Of a DNA stretch of 64,000 nt, positions 61,770-64,000 are shown in pieces (the stretch's first letter is position 1; every line of letters begins with the position of its first letter). The position numbers were made by a program, and so were the translations under genes. The stretch lies in the NCBI GenBank assembly GCA_047967505.1, contig CM106538.1; one strand, 5' to 3'. This stretch comes from Dipteris shenzhenensis. Its lineage: Eukaryota. The notes below the pieces were generated by a model, which made no database searches, had not been told where the DNA came from, and was given only the letters and a program-made list of their open reading frames with translations.

Positions 61770-62121
61770 TGTTGAGATATCGAGCTCCACTCGCGATATG
61801 CCAGGGTGACTGTTGTGCCTTTATGTCACCAACTTGTTAGCTGGAGATGCGGTTGGTACACCGCCCACGAATAATAGCTGAATGACAACTATCCTTATCT
61901 ACACTAGTTCGTGGCTCAGTTAGTATGCCACCTTAGTTAGTTGAGTTTGGTTTGAGACCCACATATAGGGTTCTTCTATTTCTTTGTACTAGAGTTCTTC
62001 TGGCTTACACAACTAAGAAGAGGAAAACTATTTTCAGCCTCCACCTTTGTGTGTATTCCCCCATTGTGTATGTGAGAAAGCCACAAGTGAGACTCCTTCC
62101 CTCTCTCCCACTATCTTCACA
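61770..62121 (+). repeat. 5' LTR of a Copia element
   Basis: TGTTGAGATATC...CTTCACA followed by the iMet PBS. Its start resembles the LTR start at 50439 on the minus strand. Confidence 0.75.
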
Positions 62122-62133
62122 TGGTATCAGAGC
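62122..62133 (+). promoter_or_regulatory. PBS, tRNA-iMet
   Basis: TGGTATCAGAGC. Confidence 0.92.
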
Positions 62134-62664
62134 CTTGTTCGTGGTAAGGAGCTCAAGAAAGCAAGCCAAGTTCGTGGTGTCCTGGTAAGAGGACCAGTGT
62201 TGCTTTCCTATTTCGAGTTTGGGAGCAAATCTCTGCAGGTAGCACAGCCAGAAGTGCAAGAGTGCACTGTCTCAGATTGAGACGCCCTTCGCGGTGTGGC
62301 GAGAGCGCAGTATATGCTACGGGAGAGGGCGAAGCCTTTAGTGACTTTAATTTTCTGATTCGAGGCCATTTCGGGGCCCGTTTTGGAGACGGAAGTTCTC
62401 CGCAGGCACTCAGAAAAAGGCCCTGTTTTTGCTGTGCGACCACTGTTCTGCGGGTCGGTGAAAAGTTGCCGCAGAAATTGCATCGTATGCCTTTGTGCAG
62501 AGATATTGGGAGTTGCAGATTCATGCTTGTTGCCTGTTGATGCAAAATTGTCACTAGGAAGTGACTGTGTGGTGAAATACCACTTTCGTCAGTTTTGCAG
62601 TTCTGCCCGTGTGAGGCAAAAGCTGTGTTTTTTGCAGTGACAGAATATTTTGCAGTGTTTTGCA

Positions 62665-64000
62665 ATGGCATCTGATTCCCTTTCACAGATTGTCACTGAA
62701 AAGCTTGACAAGAACAACTTCCAAGCATGGAAGTTTAGAATGACGAATTTCTTGATGGGAAAAGGCTATTGGGAGTTCATTACAGGAAATGAAGAAGAAC
62801 CTGTTCTTCCTAATGTTCCCAGTTAACAGGAAATGCAGGCATTCAAAGGATGGCATGAGAGAGCTAGGAAAGTTATGTACTGGCTGTCTATCAGTATTTC
62901 GGACTCCATGATTGTGCATATTCAGGATGCAAATACGCCAAAGGAGGCATGGGATACTTTGGCAAAAATGTATATCACAAATACGCAAGCCAGGAAAATG
63001 CAACTCAAACAGGAGTTGCACAATGTGCAAAGAGAAAATTTGAGCATAAATGACTACCACATGAAAGTGAAGAAAATTGCAGATGCACTTGCTTCCATTG
63101 GGTCGCCAGTGGATGATGACGATTTGGTCTCTGTGACCTTGAATGGTCTAGGAAAGGATTATGCACAGTTCCGGACATCCATTGCCGTCCGTGAAAAATT
63201 TCCTGATTTTGAGGAGTTGATTGCTCTTCTAATTTCCGAAGAGCAAAGAAATGGGGGTGCATCTTCTTCAGCAGGAACTTCAAAAGAAACTGTCTTCTAC
63301 TCAAATGCTGGCAGAGGTAGAGGCAGAGGTAGAGGAGGCCGATCTGCATGCCGTGGTAGAAATCAGAATATGCAGCAAACGCAAGAAAACCAGTCCTATG
63401 TAGGAGGACGTGGTAACTCTAGAGGCAGGGGGAGCCAAAGAGGCCGTGGTGGATGGCAGAGAGGCCAAAATGCAAACAGCAATATTGAATGCTACTATTG
63501 TGGCAAAATGGGTCATATGGCTAAGGACTGCTATAAAAAGCAGAATGACATTATGAATGGAAAATTGCAGCAAGGCAATTATGCATCCTCTAGTAGACAG
63601 GGTGATGACAGAAATGAGCATTTGTTTATGGTGCAGCGTATGACAAATTCTGTAACAAGTGCATAAGAAAGCAATGATGTGTGGTATGTTGACTCGAGTG
63701 CGTCAAACCACATGACAGGTCACGCTGAATGGATGCAGGATGCAAGAAAAATGGAAAAACCAGGATTTGTGGAGACTGGTGATGATACTGCACATCCTAT
63801 TGTGCAGATTGGCAAAATTCCTTTGTCTATGCAGGATGGGAAAAAGAAATACTTATTTGATGTATTTCATGTCCGAACATCACCAAGAACCTGGTTTCTG
63901 TTGGTCAAATGGTTGAGCAGGGCTTGCAGGTTTGATTTAATCCTCATGGATGCTTTGTTGAGGATATGAAAAATAACGGTCGCTTGATAGCAAAAGGAAA
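62665..64000 (+). pseudogene. Copia gag-protease with in-frame stops, running off the window
   Basis: MASDS..KLDKNNFQAWK, UBN2-type gag, CYYCGKMGHMAKDC, WYVDSSASNHM. TAA at 62824 and 63664. Confidence 0.93.

Overview
Plant (probably non-seed plant; inference) heterochromatic window made almost entirely of nested mobile DNA. A chromodomain Ty3/Gypsy element (PBS 468-479, gag/pol ~1850-4024, resuming 46536-48611) is split inside its RT by a ~42.5 kb DNA insertion (4025-46535). The insertion is flanked by a TCTTGAA direct repeat and has short imperfect inverted repeats just inside each end. It carries a degenerate ~1100 aa DUF7869/Sola-like DDD transposase on the minus strand and a divergent cargo cluster on the plus strand (ParB-like plus DNA-methylase-like protein, FCP1/NIF HAD phosphatase, minimal SET domain). 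It also holds a captured LRR-RLK ectodomain, an L1 fragment, a ~12 kb satellite of three shuffled ~150-160 bp monomers, and a dispersed 24-26 bp palindrome (GAGAATGGCACTAGTGCCATTCTC). A young Athila-like element (14983-27457, GGCAC TSD, tRNA-Asp PBS) is nested in it. The right third holds two antisense Copia 3' fragments, a second internally deleted Athila-like copy with an extra 3' ORF, an L1 3' end and the 5' part of another Copia. I see no intact host gene. All family assignments come from motifs read by eye, with no database search.
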